Source of the DNA: a virus
Taxonomy: Duplodnaviria > Caudoviricetes
Reading direction: 5' to 3' (one strand)
IMG/VR virus record: IMGVR_UViG_3300042870_001240
DNA: 64,000 nucleotides
The notes beneath the pieces were generated by a model. It saw only the letters and a program-made list of their open reading frames with translations, had not been told where the DNA came from and ran no database searches. The position numbers were made by a program, and so were the translations under genes. Shown here piece by piece: positions 35,780-45,423 of this stretch. Every line of letters begins with the position of its first letter. Position 1 is the stretch's first letter.

Positions 35780-37559
35780 AAGGGTCTATTGTTGGTTCTG
35801 CGATTATGGTCTGTTCATTATAATTAGTTCCTTCAGGTATTATTCTAAAAATAATATTCTTAAAAGGATAATGAACACCGTTTAAAAAAGGATAAGTAAC
35901 TCCAATACCTCCACTATCAACAAAACCATATGGGTATAAATCCCTCCATATAAATAAATTTTTGGTGGTTGAAAAATGTGAATAATCCGGAATTCCGACA
36001 ACGCTCCTAATATCACCATCTTCAATATAATCCGAATAAACTCTTGTTGTTAACACATGATGTGGTTGATAATAATACCCAAGTTGATTTGCCGTATTTA
36101 CACCAATCCTAAATGAAAAAGGATTAAAGGTTAGTTTATGAAATATATTAGAAATTACTCTTTCTTTTTGGTCATAATCATTCCATTCACAACAATCACC
36201 ATCAACTATGTCTCCCTCTTTAATAGATTCGACATACGTAAAAGTTATTGGTCCTGATGCTGGTCCATACCCAGAACTAATTGGTGTTGTATAAGACCCC
36301 ATAGGAAAATCAGTGTCCGAATTACTATTAGAATTACTCCACCAATAATCAGGAGCCCCAAAAGAATTAAGTGGTAAGTTAAATTCCCAACCTTGTTTTA
36401 ATCCGTAATAACTACCTGAACCGTTGGGTATTCCAAACATCCATCCAAAATAACCTTTATATATAACGGTAAAGAATAATTCAGTAATCGGTCTTTTTTG
36501 GTTATCTCTAATTGGGTTAACTCTAATATCTTTATTAAAAGATAATGTGTATGATTGTGACCCTTCTTTAACCGATACTCGCGCAACTTTGTCAGGAGTA
36601 AATCCGCTACTCTCATATTTTTTCTTTTCTCCAAAAATATTTTGTTCAAATCCAGCTTTAACTAATACCGCGTTTTCCGATTCTGTTAATATTTTATTTT
36701 TTCTAACATAATATGTTGAAATGGTGTCCAACTCATTATCTTGTAAAATTACCCTTTTGGCGGTTCCCGTTACACCATCATCAAAAGTTCCACCTAAATA
36801 TCCAACATCAATTATATTAAAAACGTATTCTTCACTACCAAAAGTACTAACCCCTAAAGAATCTATTTGGAATAAGTCGGTTCCATTATAAGAGAAACTT
36901 AATTTAACAAATTCTCCAACCGACATCCCATGTTTAACAGGACATCTAAATGAAACGGTATTTCTACCATTATATACAGTATTCTCAATAATAAACGGTA
37001 TACCATCACCAACAATCCAATTTAAAATAATATTAGTTTTTTTATCGGTAGCCCTCATTGGTTTTGTATAATCATTTTCATAACCATAACTAACAAAGAA
37101 ATTCCAATTGTAACTTGATGCACTTTTTGGTATAAAAGTTAGATGTTCGTTCGGTGGTTGTGTATATCCACTAACATTATAATCAGTCCTAATAAAATCA
37201 AATTCATTGTATTGAGGAACCCCTGTCCATGAGATTGTTGTTGCTCCACTGAGACATTGTAAGGCAGCCGCTGAAGCAGAATTCAAATAATATAAATTAT
37301 TTTCAAATGGGGGATAGTTGGTAAATCCTGAATACACGTTTTGGAATAAAAGTGAAAATTTACATGTAGGTCTGATAATATCAGAATTTTGTCGTTCGTC
37401 ATCAAAAACCTGTTCTAAATCCACATCAATACTTCTATCGAACTCAACATTTTCTTTCGCTGTCTGTATTAACGGTACATTGAACAGTAATGTTGTGTTA
37501 GGTGCGGATTTATATCGTAATGAACCTAAAATTACTCTTATATCTTGTCTATTTCCCAT
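35772..37559 (-). CDS. putative virion structural protein, 595 aa
   Basis: Coupled gene in the baseplate cluster; beta-rich. Confidence 0.55.
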   Translation of the reverse strand: MGNRQDIRVILGSLRYKSAPNTTLLFNVPLIQTAKENVEFDRSIDVDLEQVFDDERQNSDIIRPTCKFSLLFQNVYSGFTNYPPFENNLYYLNSASAAALQCLSGATTISWTGVPQYNEFDFIRTDYNVSGYTQPPNEHLTFIPKSASSYNWNFFVSYGYENDYTKPMRATDKKTNIILNWIVGDGIPFIIENTVYNGRNTVSFRCPVKHGMSVGEFVKLSFSYNGTDLFQIDSLGVSTFGSEEYVFNIIDVGYLGGTFDDGVTGTAKRVILQDNELDTISTYYVRKNKILTESENAVLVKAGFEQNIFGEKKKYESSGFTPDKVARVSVKEGSQSYTLSFNKDIRVNPIRDNQKRPITELFFTVIYKGYFGWMFGIPNGSGSYYGLKQGWEFNLPLNSFGAPDYWWSNSNSNSDTDFPMGSYTTPISSGYGPASGPITFTYVESIKEGDIVDGDCCEWNDYDQKERVISNIFHKLTFNPFSFRIGVNTANQLGYYYQPHHVLTTRVYSDYIEDGDIRSVVGIPDYSHFSTTKNLFIWRDLYPYGFVDSGGIGVTYPFLNGVHYPFKNIIFRIIPEGTNYNEQTIIAEPTIDPCE

Positions 37560-37560
37560 A

Positions 37561-40500
37561 TTAATCAGTTATTATTTCGAATCCAATCCATTTAATTGCA
37601 AACCTATCAAATGACGTTTTACCTTTTTTAAGCCCAAAATAAAAGTGGTATGGAGCACCTACAGTAATAATTCTACTAATAGGATTACTAAATGGAGCGG
37701 TATTAGGGTCTTGTGAAGTAAAATTAGGGTTATAATTACCCAAACTATCAACAGAATAAATGTATCCTTTATAGTCTTTGATTAAAGTACTACCGTTTGT
37801 TCTAAAGTATCTTGAGTTTTGTTCTATTCTATCTAAGGTCTGATATTTGTGAGTAAAAAATTCTGTATTTAGAGTATTAGTGTACCAATCATTACTTTGT
37901 GAACCAAAAATACTATACGGAAATGAACCTTCTTTTATTTCCCACTGATAAAAAGGTACGGATTGTGTAAACACATTAAAGTAATTGAATGCACAGGTGT
38001 CGGTAACCATTGCTGAGTCATTAATAATGGTTCTTTTAGGACTAATAAAATCTCTAACCTGTGTGTCAGAAGAAAAGAAAATCCCAATAATACCATCTGC
38101 AACACCCCCACCATTAAAGAAAATTGGGTCTTGAGCTCCAATAATTGACGGATAATTAGCCGACTCAAAGTCCGCAACACCTAACTCTGAACTTATTGAT
38201 ATCATTTGAGCGTAATCCGCATCAACAAACAGTTTAGTTCTTTGGTTAAAATATGAAAGAATGTTTCCTCCTCCAGCACCTAATAACTGTTCCAAAAAAC
38301 TTGTACTCGCTAATCGACTAATAATAAGTAGATTTAGTATTTCCGAAACATCGGTAAAAGTTGTTGACCCCATTTTCTTAACAACGTACCCATCATAATC
38401 ATCTGACATAACAATCTCTTGAAGAAATTGACTTCTAGGACCTAAATCCATAATAGTTGTTGGAAATTTTAAGTTCTTAACATTCCCTTTATATGCCGAA
38501 TAGTCTGGTGCATCCGCCCCAATAAATTTGGTACCATCCCAAGGACTACTTCTATAATAGAAATTATTTGTTGGGTGTAGAATCACAGTATCCCTACAAT
38601 ATACACTATAAGGAGCGTTTGGTGGGGTTGAGGTAGGACTTGTAAAAAATCTATCGTTTTTGATATTGAATGCGTATAATGTTCCATTAATCCAATTGTT
38701 TGTGAAAATATGTGACCAAACATCTCTACAAGCACCAAAGGTAATTTGTATTCTTGATGACCATTCTGCGACTATTTTAATATCTTTACCTAACGATGAG
38801 AAAATTTTTGTTATTGTTATATAACAACCATTTTCCATAATTAATTCATTGTTTGATGTACCATTTTCATAACAAGGGTTTGGTGACGGATAATAATTAA
38901 ATTCATTAGGTACAACGTCATTATAACATCCTAACGGTATCATTGTATTACAATTAAACGTATCTAAAACAGACCCCGTCATTGTTGATGAATCTACTGG
39001 GTCAGGTCCTGCCTCAGCGACAGATGGTGTGTTACTTTGAATTCCTTCTGTATTGGTTACCGTTCCATCATCACCAATTTGGTATGCGGAAAAATTAGCG
39101 TTTTGTTGTAATGCGTAACTATTACCCGCATTATCAAGGGTTAACGTTGATGTCGGAAGTCTATCAGACCTCATAATAATTTGTCTACCACTAGACCCTA
39201 GGTTACTGTAAAAATACGTGCCAGAATATCTTGGTGCGTAATAATACCCAATAATTGTTGGTGGTGTGATACTGTTTACAGGTATATAGACTTCTTGTAA
39301 CATTACCGAACCACCGTCAACGATTTCATTTTCAAAATACCCTCTATTATCAGGCGGCGGAGGTGTGTAACTATTAACCGAAGAAATAAAATATTGACTA
39401 GTAGGTGAGGATGAACAATACGAACCAGAACCACTAATACCATCCCACTCTATTGTGAAACCATTATAAGGACTGCCAAATAGTTTAATCGAATAAGCAT
39501 TATCTAATCCATCTTGACAAGCCACAGATAATTGTGGCGCACTTAACGGTGTAAAAGTAGGTATACTATTATCCAACGATGAATAATAACTTGGGAAATT
39601 TGACGTGAATGACGAAAATGATGCGGGTCCCGATAATGCTGGTTGGAAGTGGAACGATTTGTAATAAAGATATTCCGAAGTTACCGCATCAATTAAGGTA
39701 ACATCACCTGTCATTGTATGTCTAACCGATTTTACCCCACCTTGAATAGGATGATTTAATTTGTACTGGCCTGTAACCGTTTTTCCTGCGGTTCCCATTG
39801 AGTATCCTAATAAAACACTTAAATCATAACTATTCTGACATCTTGAGGAATACGGGTCAACCCCTCTAACCATTATCACTATAACTTGTTTATCGGCATC
39901 AATAAATATTGATAAAGGATTATAATATAATGGTGATGGATATTGAGCACAGTTATCGGCAGACAAATATGTAAACGTCATATTATTATACAAATACCTT
40001 TTATTTAGACTTAAATCACTTGCGGAAGGATTACATGCTCCTGAAAAAGTATTATAGGTCATTGCGGTAATAACTTGAAAATATTCTACGTCCATAGGGA
40101 ACTTAGCGTAAGTCGCGTCATCCGGGTCTTGGGTTATTTGATATAAAGAGTTCAGAGGTGATATAGTACCACTTCCGTCTGGATTTGCATAACTTACTTG
40201 AATAGTACTACCTGGCAAATCATTAATTGAAGTTCCCGTAATACTCCTGGTACCGTATTGGTTGTAAGGTGTAAAACCCGTTAAATTTACATCCTGAGAT
40301 AATGAAGGGTCTTGGAAAGAAATGAGTTGTCCCACAGGAAAATTCGCCAATTGACTTGCTTGACATGAGATAACCACAACATTATCATAATGGTATTTTG
40401 TTGCGGAAGCATTTAATGATGTGTCAAAAGTAACTTTAATTCTATTATACCCACCACCAGGGTTTACTCCACTAAAATCATCAAAGTATTTCGCTTTGTT

Positions 40501-42642
40501 ATTAAATAAATTTATTCTTTCAGCTAAAGTAATACTTGATGTGAACATATATCTATCATCCCCATTTGAGTCTTGTCCATAAGTTTTTAAAGAGGGTACT
40601 AATGACTGTGATGTAGGGTTAACAGTATCAATCCCTTTACCTGACATCATCGAAGTAAATGCGTTAGGGTAAGTAGCAGTTGGGTCAAAATGAATAAGAT
40701 TATAATTTGTTGCGTTATCATATTGAGATAAAACACCATTAATTCCTGAAGTAGCAACAATTTCTTCAGTATTAACTCCTTCAGCGGAATCATCTTGAAC
40801 ATCTCCATCAATAGTATCACCCTCCTTACACGCACATAACTCACAATCGGGATAAGATAAATTAGGTAAACGTAAATGAGTAAATGTTTTCCATAAAGTT
40901 ACCAGTTTTTTAATTAGATTCTTCATGTCTTTAAAGTCGGGACAAGGTCCAAATTCTATACCCGCACCAAAAACATTAATAACATCTATAATTGCGCTTA
41001 TAATGGGACATATAAAGGCGATTATACTAAAAACAATTGCCACAACAACCGCTAAGATTGGCCCTAAAATATACTTCAATAACCAAGCTAAAATATGTGA
41101 AATAATTAATAATAAAATGAGAATAGGTTTAAAAACAAACATCATAATAACAAATAAAAGATATATAATGTCAAATCTTAAAAATGAATCGTTTGTTGGA
41201 AATTTAACATTTTCACTTTCACAAGAATCATCCAAAATGTTTTTTATTGTTATCATTCTATTTGGAAGATATCCTTTTCTATATTGGTCTATCATCTGTG
41301 ACACGGTATACACTTTGTTATACAACATCTCATAAAATGTGTCCTCACAATTAATTGCCGCCTGTACGTCAGCATAATCATTCCAATCTAAACTAAAGGC
41401 ATATGACTTAATCGCAGTGGCATATCCAATACCTGTTTTTAATGGGTCAGTATCAGAAGTTGTCCACCCATATTCTCGAACATTAGGAACTAAAAAATAA
41501 CCTCGTTTAATTGCCTCACTTAATGAAGGTGATTGATTCCACTTAACTTTAAATCGATACTTTCCTTTAGTCGGTATACCTTTATTAGGGTCATTCGATA
41601 AAACTCTTTCACCAAATTCATTTGTTATGATATAATCCAAATTCATCGGAACATCTATTAACCAAGTACCATTTTCATCAATAACTTGTCCTCCACTTTC
41701 TAATGAAACAGTTTCTAAAATAGGTTGTCCATTAATATCTTGAGCAATGGTTTGTCTTATCGCCAAAATTTCTCCAGGACCCGCAACTAAACTACAGAAG
41801 TTACCTTGTTTTAATTTTGGTTTACAACTTCTTTTTTGGAATTGAGTTTCAGCATTTGATATAATTGACCCCATAAAAATTGATGTTGGAGTTATGGTAA
41901 TATTTGCCTCATCAGTTAAATCAAAGTCGGTTCTTGTCACACCTAAATTACACACCTCAGGTTGACCCCATAATGGTTCAACTTCTATAACACGGTTAAT
42001 TGTGACAATCTGAGGTAACTCATTTAAATTAGCAGAACTTTTAAACTTTGTTCCCGCAACTTGAGCGGGAGTGGCAACACCCATCCGAATTAAATCTTGA
42101 GGCGATAATGAAAATTCTCCAATATCTGATAAATCAACATCGACATGGATTGTTTGTGACCCAGTAGGAACACCAAAAATCATGTAATCACCACTATCGT
42201 TAGTTTTTGCAGTATATTTAAAGTACTTGTCATAAACTTCAATTAATGTCGGGTCAACTAATACATCATGTTTATCGAAAAAAGTTCCTGTGGGAGAGTG
42301 ATTACTATATGACGGTAGATATGGTAATAAATTATATCTATATCCGTCTTCATTTAATTCAGATAAAGTTTTATAGGGATATAAGTCAGAAATGATTGGA
42401 TTTGTGATGTCTTCGTTAGTTAACGGAATAAAGACTGATACTTTGGCGTTAGGTATACCAAAACCATCATTTGCACTAACCCTACCAATAATTACTCCGT
42501 AATCAGAACACTGTCTTGTGTAAATTTGACTCTGTAATACTTTAAGTGATAAAATTTCAAGATATTCAAATTCTTGGTCAATTAAAACCTTAATTGACTT
42601 ATCTACACCTATTTGAGTTCTTATTCTATATGAATTCGACAT
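37561..42642 (-). CDS. large baseplate/tail-associated protein with a carboxypeptidase-regulatory-like N-domain and an internal hydrophobic hairpin
   Basis: IIGRVSANDGFGIPNAKVSVF...KTNDSGDYMIFGVP; about 70-aa hydrophobic stretch; TATTTAT upstream. Confidence 0.55.
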   Translation of the reverse strand: MSNSYRIRTQIGVDKSIKVLIDQEFEYLEILSLKVLQSQIYTRQCSDYGVIIGRVSANDGFGIPNAKVSVFIPLTNEDITNPIISDLYPYKTLSELNEDGYRYNLLPYLPSYSNHSPTGTFFDKHDVLVDPTLIEVYDKYFKYTAKTNDSGDYMIFGVPTGSQTIHVDVDLSDIGEFSLSPQDLIRMGVATPAQVAGTKFKSSANLNELPQIVTINRVIEVEPLWGQPEVCNLGVTRTDFDLTDEANITITPTSIFMGSIISNAETQFQKRSCKPKLKQGNFCSLVAGPGEILAIRQTIAQDINGQPILETVSLESGGQVIDENGTWLIDVPMNLDYIITNEFGERVLSNDPNKGIPTKGKYRFKVKWNQSPSLSEAIKRGYFLVPNVREYGWTTSDTDPLKTGIGYATAIKSYAFSLDWNDYADVQAAINCEDTFYEMLYNKVYTVSQMIDQYRKGYLPNRMITIKNILDDSCESENVKFPTNDSFLRFDIIYLLFVIMMFVFKPILILLLIISHILAWLLKYILGPILAVVVAIVFSIIAFICPIISAIIDVINVFGAGIEFGPCPDFKDMKNLIKKLVTLWKTFTHLRLPNLSYPDCELCACKEGDTIDGDVQDDSAEGVNTEEIVATSGINGVLSQYDNATNYNLIHFDPTATYPNAFTSMMSGKGIDTVNPTSQSLVPSLKTYGQDSNGDDRYMFTSSITLAERINLFNNKAKYFDDFSGVNPGGGYNRIKVTFDTSLNASATKYHYDNVVVISCQASQLANFPVGQLISFQDPSLSQDVNLTGFTPYNQYGTRSITGTSINDLPGSTIQVSYANPDGSGTISPLNSLYQITQDPDDATYAKFPMDVEYFQVITAMTYNTFSGACNPSASDLSLNKRYLYNNMTFTYLSADNCAQYPSPLYYNPLSIFIDADKQVIVIMVRGVDPYSSRCQNSYDLSVLLGYSMGTAGKTVTGQYKLNHPIQGGVKSVRHTMTGDVTLIDAVTSEYLYYKSFHFQPALSGPASFSSFTSNFPSYYSSLDNSIPTFTPLSAPQLSVACQDGLDNAYSIKLFGSPYNGFTIEWDGISGSGSYCSSSPTSQYFISSVNSYTPPPPDNRGYFENEIVDGGSVMLQEVYIPVNSITPPTIIGYYYAPRYSGTYFYSNLGSSGRQIIMRSDRLPTSTLTLDNAGNSYALQQNANFSAYQIGDDGTVTNTEGIQSNTPSVAEAGPDPVDSSTMTGSVLDTFNCNTMIPLGCYNDVVPNEFNYYPSPNPCYENGTSNNELIMENGCYITITKIFSSLGKDIKIVAEWSSRIQITFGACRDVWSHIFTNNWINGTLYAFNIKNDRFFTSPTSTPPNAPYSVYCRDTVILHPTNNFYYRSSPWDGTKFIGADAPDYSAYKGNVKNLKFPTTIMDLGPRSQFLQEIVMSDDYDGYVVKKMGSTTFTDVSEILNLLIISRLASTSFLEQLLGAGGGNILSYFNQRTKLFVDADYAQMISISSELGVADFESANYPSIIGAQDPIFFNGGGVADGIIGIFFSSDTQVRDFISPKRTIINDSAMVTDTCAFNYFNVFTQSVPFYQWEIKEGSFPYSIFGSQSNDWYTNTLNTEFFTHKYQTLDRIEQNSRYFRTNGSTLIKDYKGYIYSVDSLGNYNPNFTSQDPNTAPFSNPISRIITVGAPYHFYFGLKKGKTSFDRFAIKWIGFEIITD

Positions 42643-42715
42643 TATTAATCTTTTTTGATAAATAGTTTATATGCTACTTTCAAAAAGATAAATCATTTTT
42701 TAATAAAATAAATTA

Positions 42716-44554
42716 TCAGGAGAAATTAACTGTTTTTAAATTCTTAACCCTTACATTGATGTCTTTACCCGGAAATCTGACTTGGTATGTCTGACTTGGT
42801 TCGGCAAAAATTGTTTCATCAATCAAATCAATTTCTCGTGTTTCAGAGTCTAAATATTTTTGGGATGTTTGAGATGATGAGTATTGTCCTCCGACTTTAT
42901 TGAATACTTGTATACTTGAAACCGAGATTACCCCATTCTCACTTTGTATTTGTCTTCTAATTTCTGAAATATAAACATTTTGACCCATCTGTCTATGTGA
43001 AGGGTCAAAATAAGTTGACACTATATTAACAATCTGTGAAATTACCGCCCCTTGATTTTGACTATTATCTAAAACAACGTCAAGGTTCATAGATAAATCA
43101 ATAACACTCGCAGTCTCAACTGAGATATAATCATTAATCATTCTATAGTTAGATAAGTAATTCGCAACATTATTTTTTAAAGTATTCGACACGATTTCAG
43201 TTAATTTACCCGAATCATCGTAAGATAACATTTTAATTTTAATCTTATTATTTTCCTCAGTAATTGCCGCTTTAGCAGGTGCTCCGAATTGTGATGGCAT
43301 TGTTCGAATTAAAGAATCGTAATCGTTTACAGTAACCGCTCTATTTTGTGCTGAAAAATTAAAACTAACTAAATTTCTAACTTCTTCCGTTGTTGGAGAC
43401 GCAGCCCCACCAATTGCCGCAGTAACATTAATACAACTTAATGAGTTAACAACACTTGTATTTACAGAATCTGATGGACCATTAACAAAGAAAGAAACCG
43501 TACCAATTTGTGTGATAACATTAACACCTAAATTACTTCCTGTACCACCACCAATTCTATATTGTATAAACATAGTTGTATTAGCTTTAACCGTACTACC
43601 TAACGCTAAGTTATTAGAGTACTTGTAAAGATTTAAATTATATCCGTTTCTTGCGAATTCTCGTAATTGTTCATCAGCCGATTGTGTACCACCACCGAAA
43701 GTCATTTTCATAAATCCTTCAGGAGTATATTCAGTTATAAACTTATCACTTGTTGTAATATACCTACCAACTTTAATTCCAGGTTGGTCAGAAACTTTAG
43801 TGGGGTCCTCAATGAAAACTCTATCCTCAATTAATGCTTTAACCTCATACCATCTATTATCTAAACCTAAAAATTCTTGTGATGAAGGCATGTTAGCATA
43901 TTGTGTGCCGTCTTTTAATAAAACACTTGTTACCCCTAAAACATTTTTTTCAGGTAGGAACATTTCAAAGAATGGTTTAACATCGTTAGGTGTCATCACT
44001 CTTTTATAAACTTTAGTAATACCATTAACAATCGTCTCTCGTTTTACAATGGTATAATTAAGTAATTTATTATTTGAATCGAAATTAGGTATTTTTAATC
44101 TATTTGGGAATCCATCTGCATTAATTGCCGACGCAAAATCAATATCGTAAACCGTTTCAAATACTTGACCCGCACCACTAACTTGTGAACCTCTTCTTAA
44201 AATACCACAATATCTTAAATCTTCTTTATCCCCAAAAGCAGGTACTGTAATCGAAAAATCGACTAAAGCAACTGAAGGTCTTTGACCCGGCACTTTTAAT
44301 CCATATGTTCTTGCAATATTAAAGATTGATGACCTTTGTTGGGCGTATTGTAAAACAGTTTCCTGAATACTTCGGTCAATATTGAATTGTAAGTTATCAC
44401 TAACTGCGGCGTTTAAGTCCAATAACGCTGAGAACACTGACGCATCATTAAAATTGTCAATTAACTCGGGATAGTATGTTCGGGTAAAATTAATTAACTC
44501 AGTTCTTATTGACTGAAAATCCCTTGTCGTATACGATATTTTTTTATTAGCCAT
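42716..44554 (-). CDS. baseplate wedge protein, gp6 / baseplate J-like
   Basis: YTTRDFQSIRTELINF N-terminus; FSAQNRAVTVNDY motif; follows the gp25-like gene. Confidence 0.85.
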   Translation of the reverse strand: MANKKISYTTRDFQSIRTELINFTRTYYPELIDNFNDASVFSALLDLNAAVSDNLQFNIDRSIQETVLQYAQQRSSIFNIARTYGLKVPGQRPSVALVDFSITVPAFGDKEDLRYCGILRRGSQVSGAGQVFETVYDIDFASAINADGFPNRLKIPNFDSNNKLLNYTIVKRETIVNGITKVYKRVMTPNDVKPFFEMFLPEKNVLGVTSVLLKDGTQYANMPSSQEFLGLDNRWYEVKALIEDRVFIEDPTKVSDQPGIKVGRYITTSDKFITEYTPEGFMKMTFGGGTQSADEQLREFARNGYNLNLYKYSNNLALGSTVKANTTMFIQYRIGGGTGSNLGVNVITQIGTVSFFVNGPSDSVNTSVVNSLSCINVTAAIGGAASPTTEEVRNLVSFNFSAQNRAVTVNDYDSLIRTMPSQFGAPAKAAITEENNKIKIKMLSYDDSGKLTEIVSNTLKNNVANYLSNYRMINDYISVETASVIDLSMNLDVVLDNSQNQGAVISQIVNIVSTYFDPSHRQMGQNVYISEIRRQIQSENGVISVSSIQVFNKVGGQYSSSQTSQKYLDSETREIDLIDETIFAEPSQTYQVRFPGKDINVRVKNLKTVNFS

Positions 44555-44560
44555 ATATTA

Positions 44561-45016
44561 TTAAATATTAATGATTACGAAATCACTCTGATTAAATGCC
44601 GAATCTGTAATTATATAATCAATTTTAATTTTAGCGGTATGTTCTTTCTCACTTATACCAGGAACTCGATAAACTCTTACGTCTCCTTGGACGTAGGTTC
44701 CTTTATCTTCTTCCCCATCAGACGCGGCAGTTACACTTATTTTTGTTATAGTAATTCCTGGAATATATTCAGAAACCGAGTCTCTTATTTCCGCTTCAAT
44801 ATCTGAAAATGTCGGACCATCCATAGGTTCAAAAATATACTCATAAAGTCTTGTCCCAAAATCAGGTAAATAATATCTTGTACCTTTTCTAGTTAATAAT
44901 AAATGAATTAAATTTGCTCTAACCTCTTGGTCACCATCTTGTGATAACGAAAGATAATTACCTTTTAAAGAATCTCTAAAAGGGAAGTTAATTCCATATG
45001 TTTTTCCTTCTGCCAT
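44561..45016 (-). CDS. baseplate wedge protein, gp25-like
   Basis: VRANLIHLLLTRKGTRYYLPDFGTRLYEYIFEP. Confidence 0.88.
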   Translation of the reverse strand: MAEGKTYGINFPFRDSLKGNYLSLSQDGDQEVRANLIHLLLTRKGTRYYLPDFGTRLYEYIFEPMDGPTFSDIEAEIRDSVSEYIPGITITKISVTAASDGEEDKGTYVQGDVRVYRVPGISEKEHTAKIKIDYIITDSAFNQSDFVIINI

Positions 45017-45057
45017 ATACTATAAATATAGTGTTACAATATTTTCGGTGAATAGAT

Positions 45058-45092
45058 ATAAAATAAAAAATCACGACATATGCCGTGATTTT
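45058..45092 (-). terminator. intrinsic terminator ending the replication operon
   Basis: AAAATCACG(GC)...(GT)CGTGATTTT stem with a U-tract on the minus strand. Confidence 0.7.
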
Positions 45093-45103
45093 CTTATTAG
45101 TAA

Positions 45104-45325
45104 TTATTTTATATTAAGAACCACATTTCCTTTTTTGTGTTTTGGTTCATATGGACAATGTAAACAACCATTCCCACAACAACTACCCCTTCGTTTATGA
45201 TAACTTTCCGTCATCACTATTCTACCTTGTTCCCAATAAAAATCGGTAGGTAAAAGTTTGTTTTTGGGAGTTATTTCTTTAATATGTAATCGGACAATCC
45301 AATCGTTAGATGCGTTTATATTCAT
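45104..45325 (-). CDS. DUF5522-like small Cys-rich protein
   Basis: YHKRRGSCCGNGCLHCPYEP. Confidence 0.75.
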   Translation of the reverse strand: MNINASNDWIVRLHIKEITPKNKLLPTDFYWEQGRIVMTESYHKRRGSCCGNGCLHCPYEPKHKKGNVVLNIK

Positions 45326-45415
45326 TTAATTCTTCTTTCTCTGATTATAAAACGCTAACAATACTTGGTATGTTATCGTTACATTATTTCCCCACGATAT
45401 TTTTACCTCACTCAT
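45326..45415 (-). CDS. 29-aa small ORF not in the ORF track (MSEVKISWGNNVTITYQVLLAFYNQRKKN)
   Basis: Fills the gap between nrdJ and DUF5522; its stop abuts the next ATG. Confidence 0.5.
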   Translation of the reverse strand: MSEVKISWGNNVTITYQVLLAFYNQRKKN

Positions 45416-45423
45416 TTTAAAGA

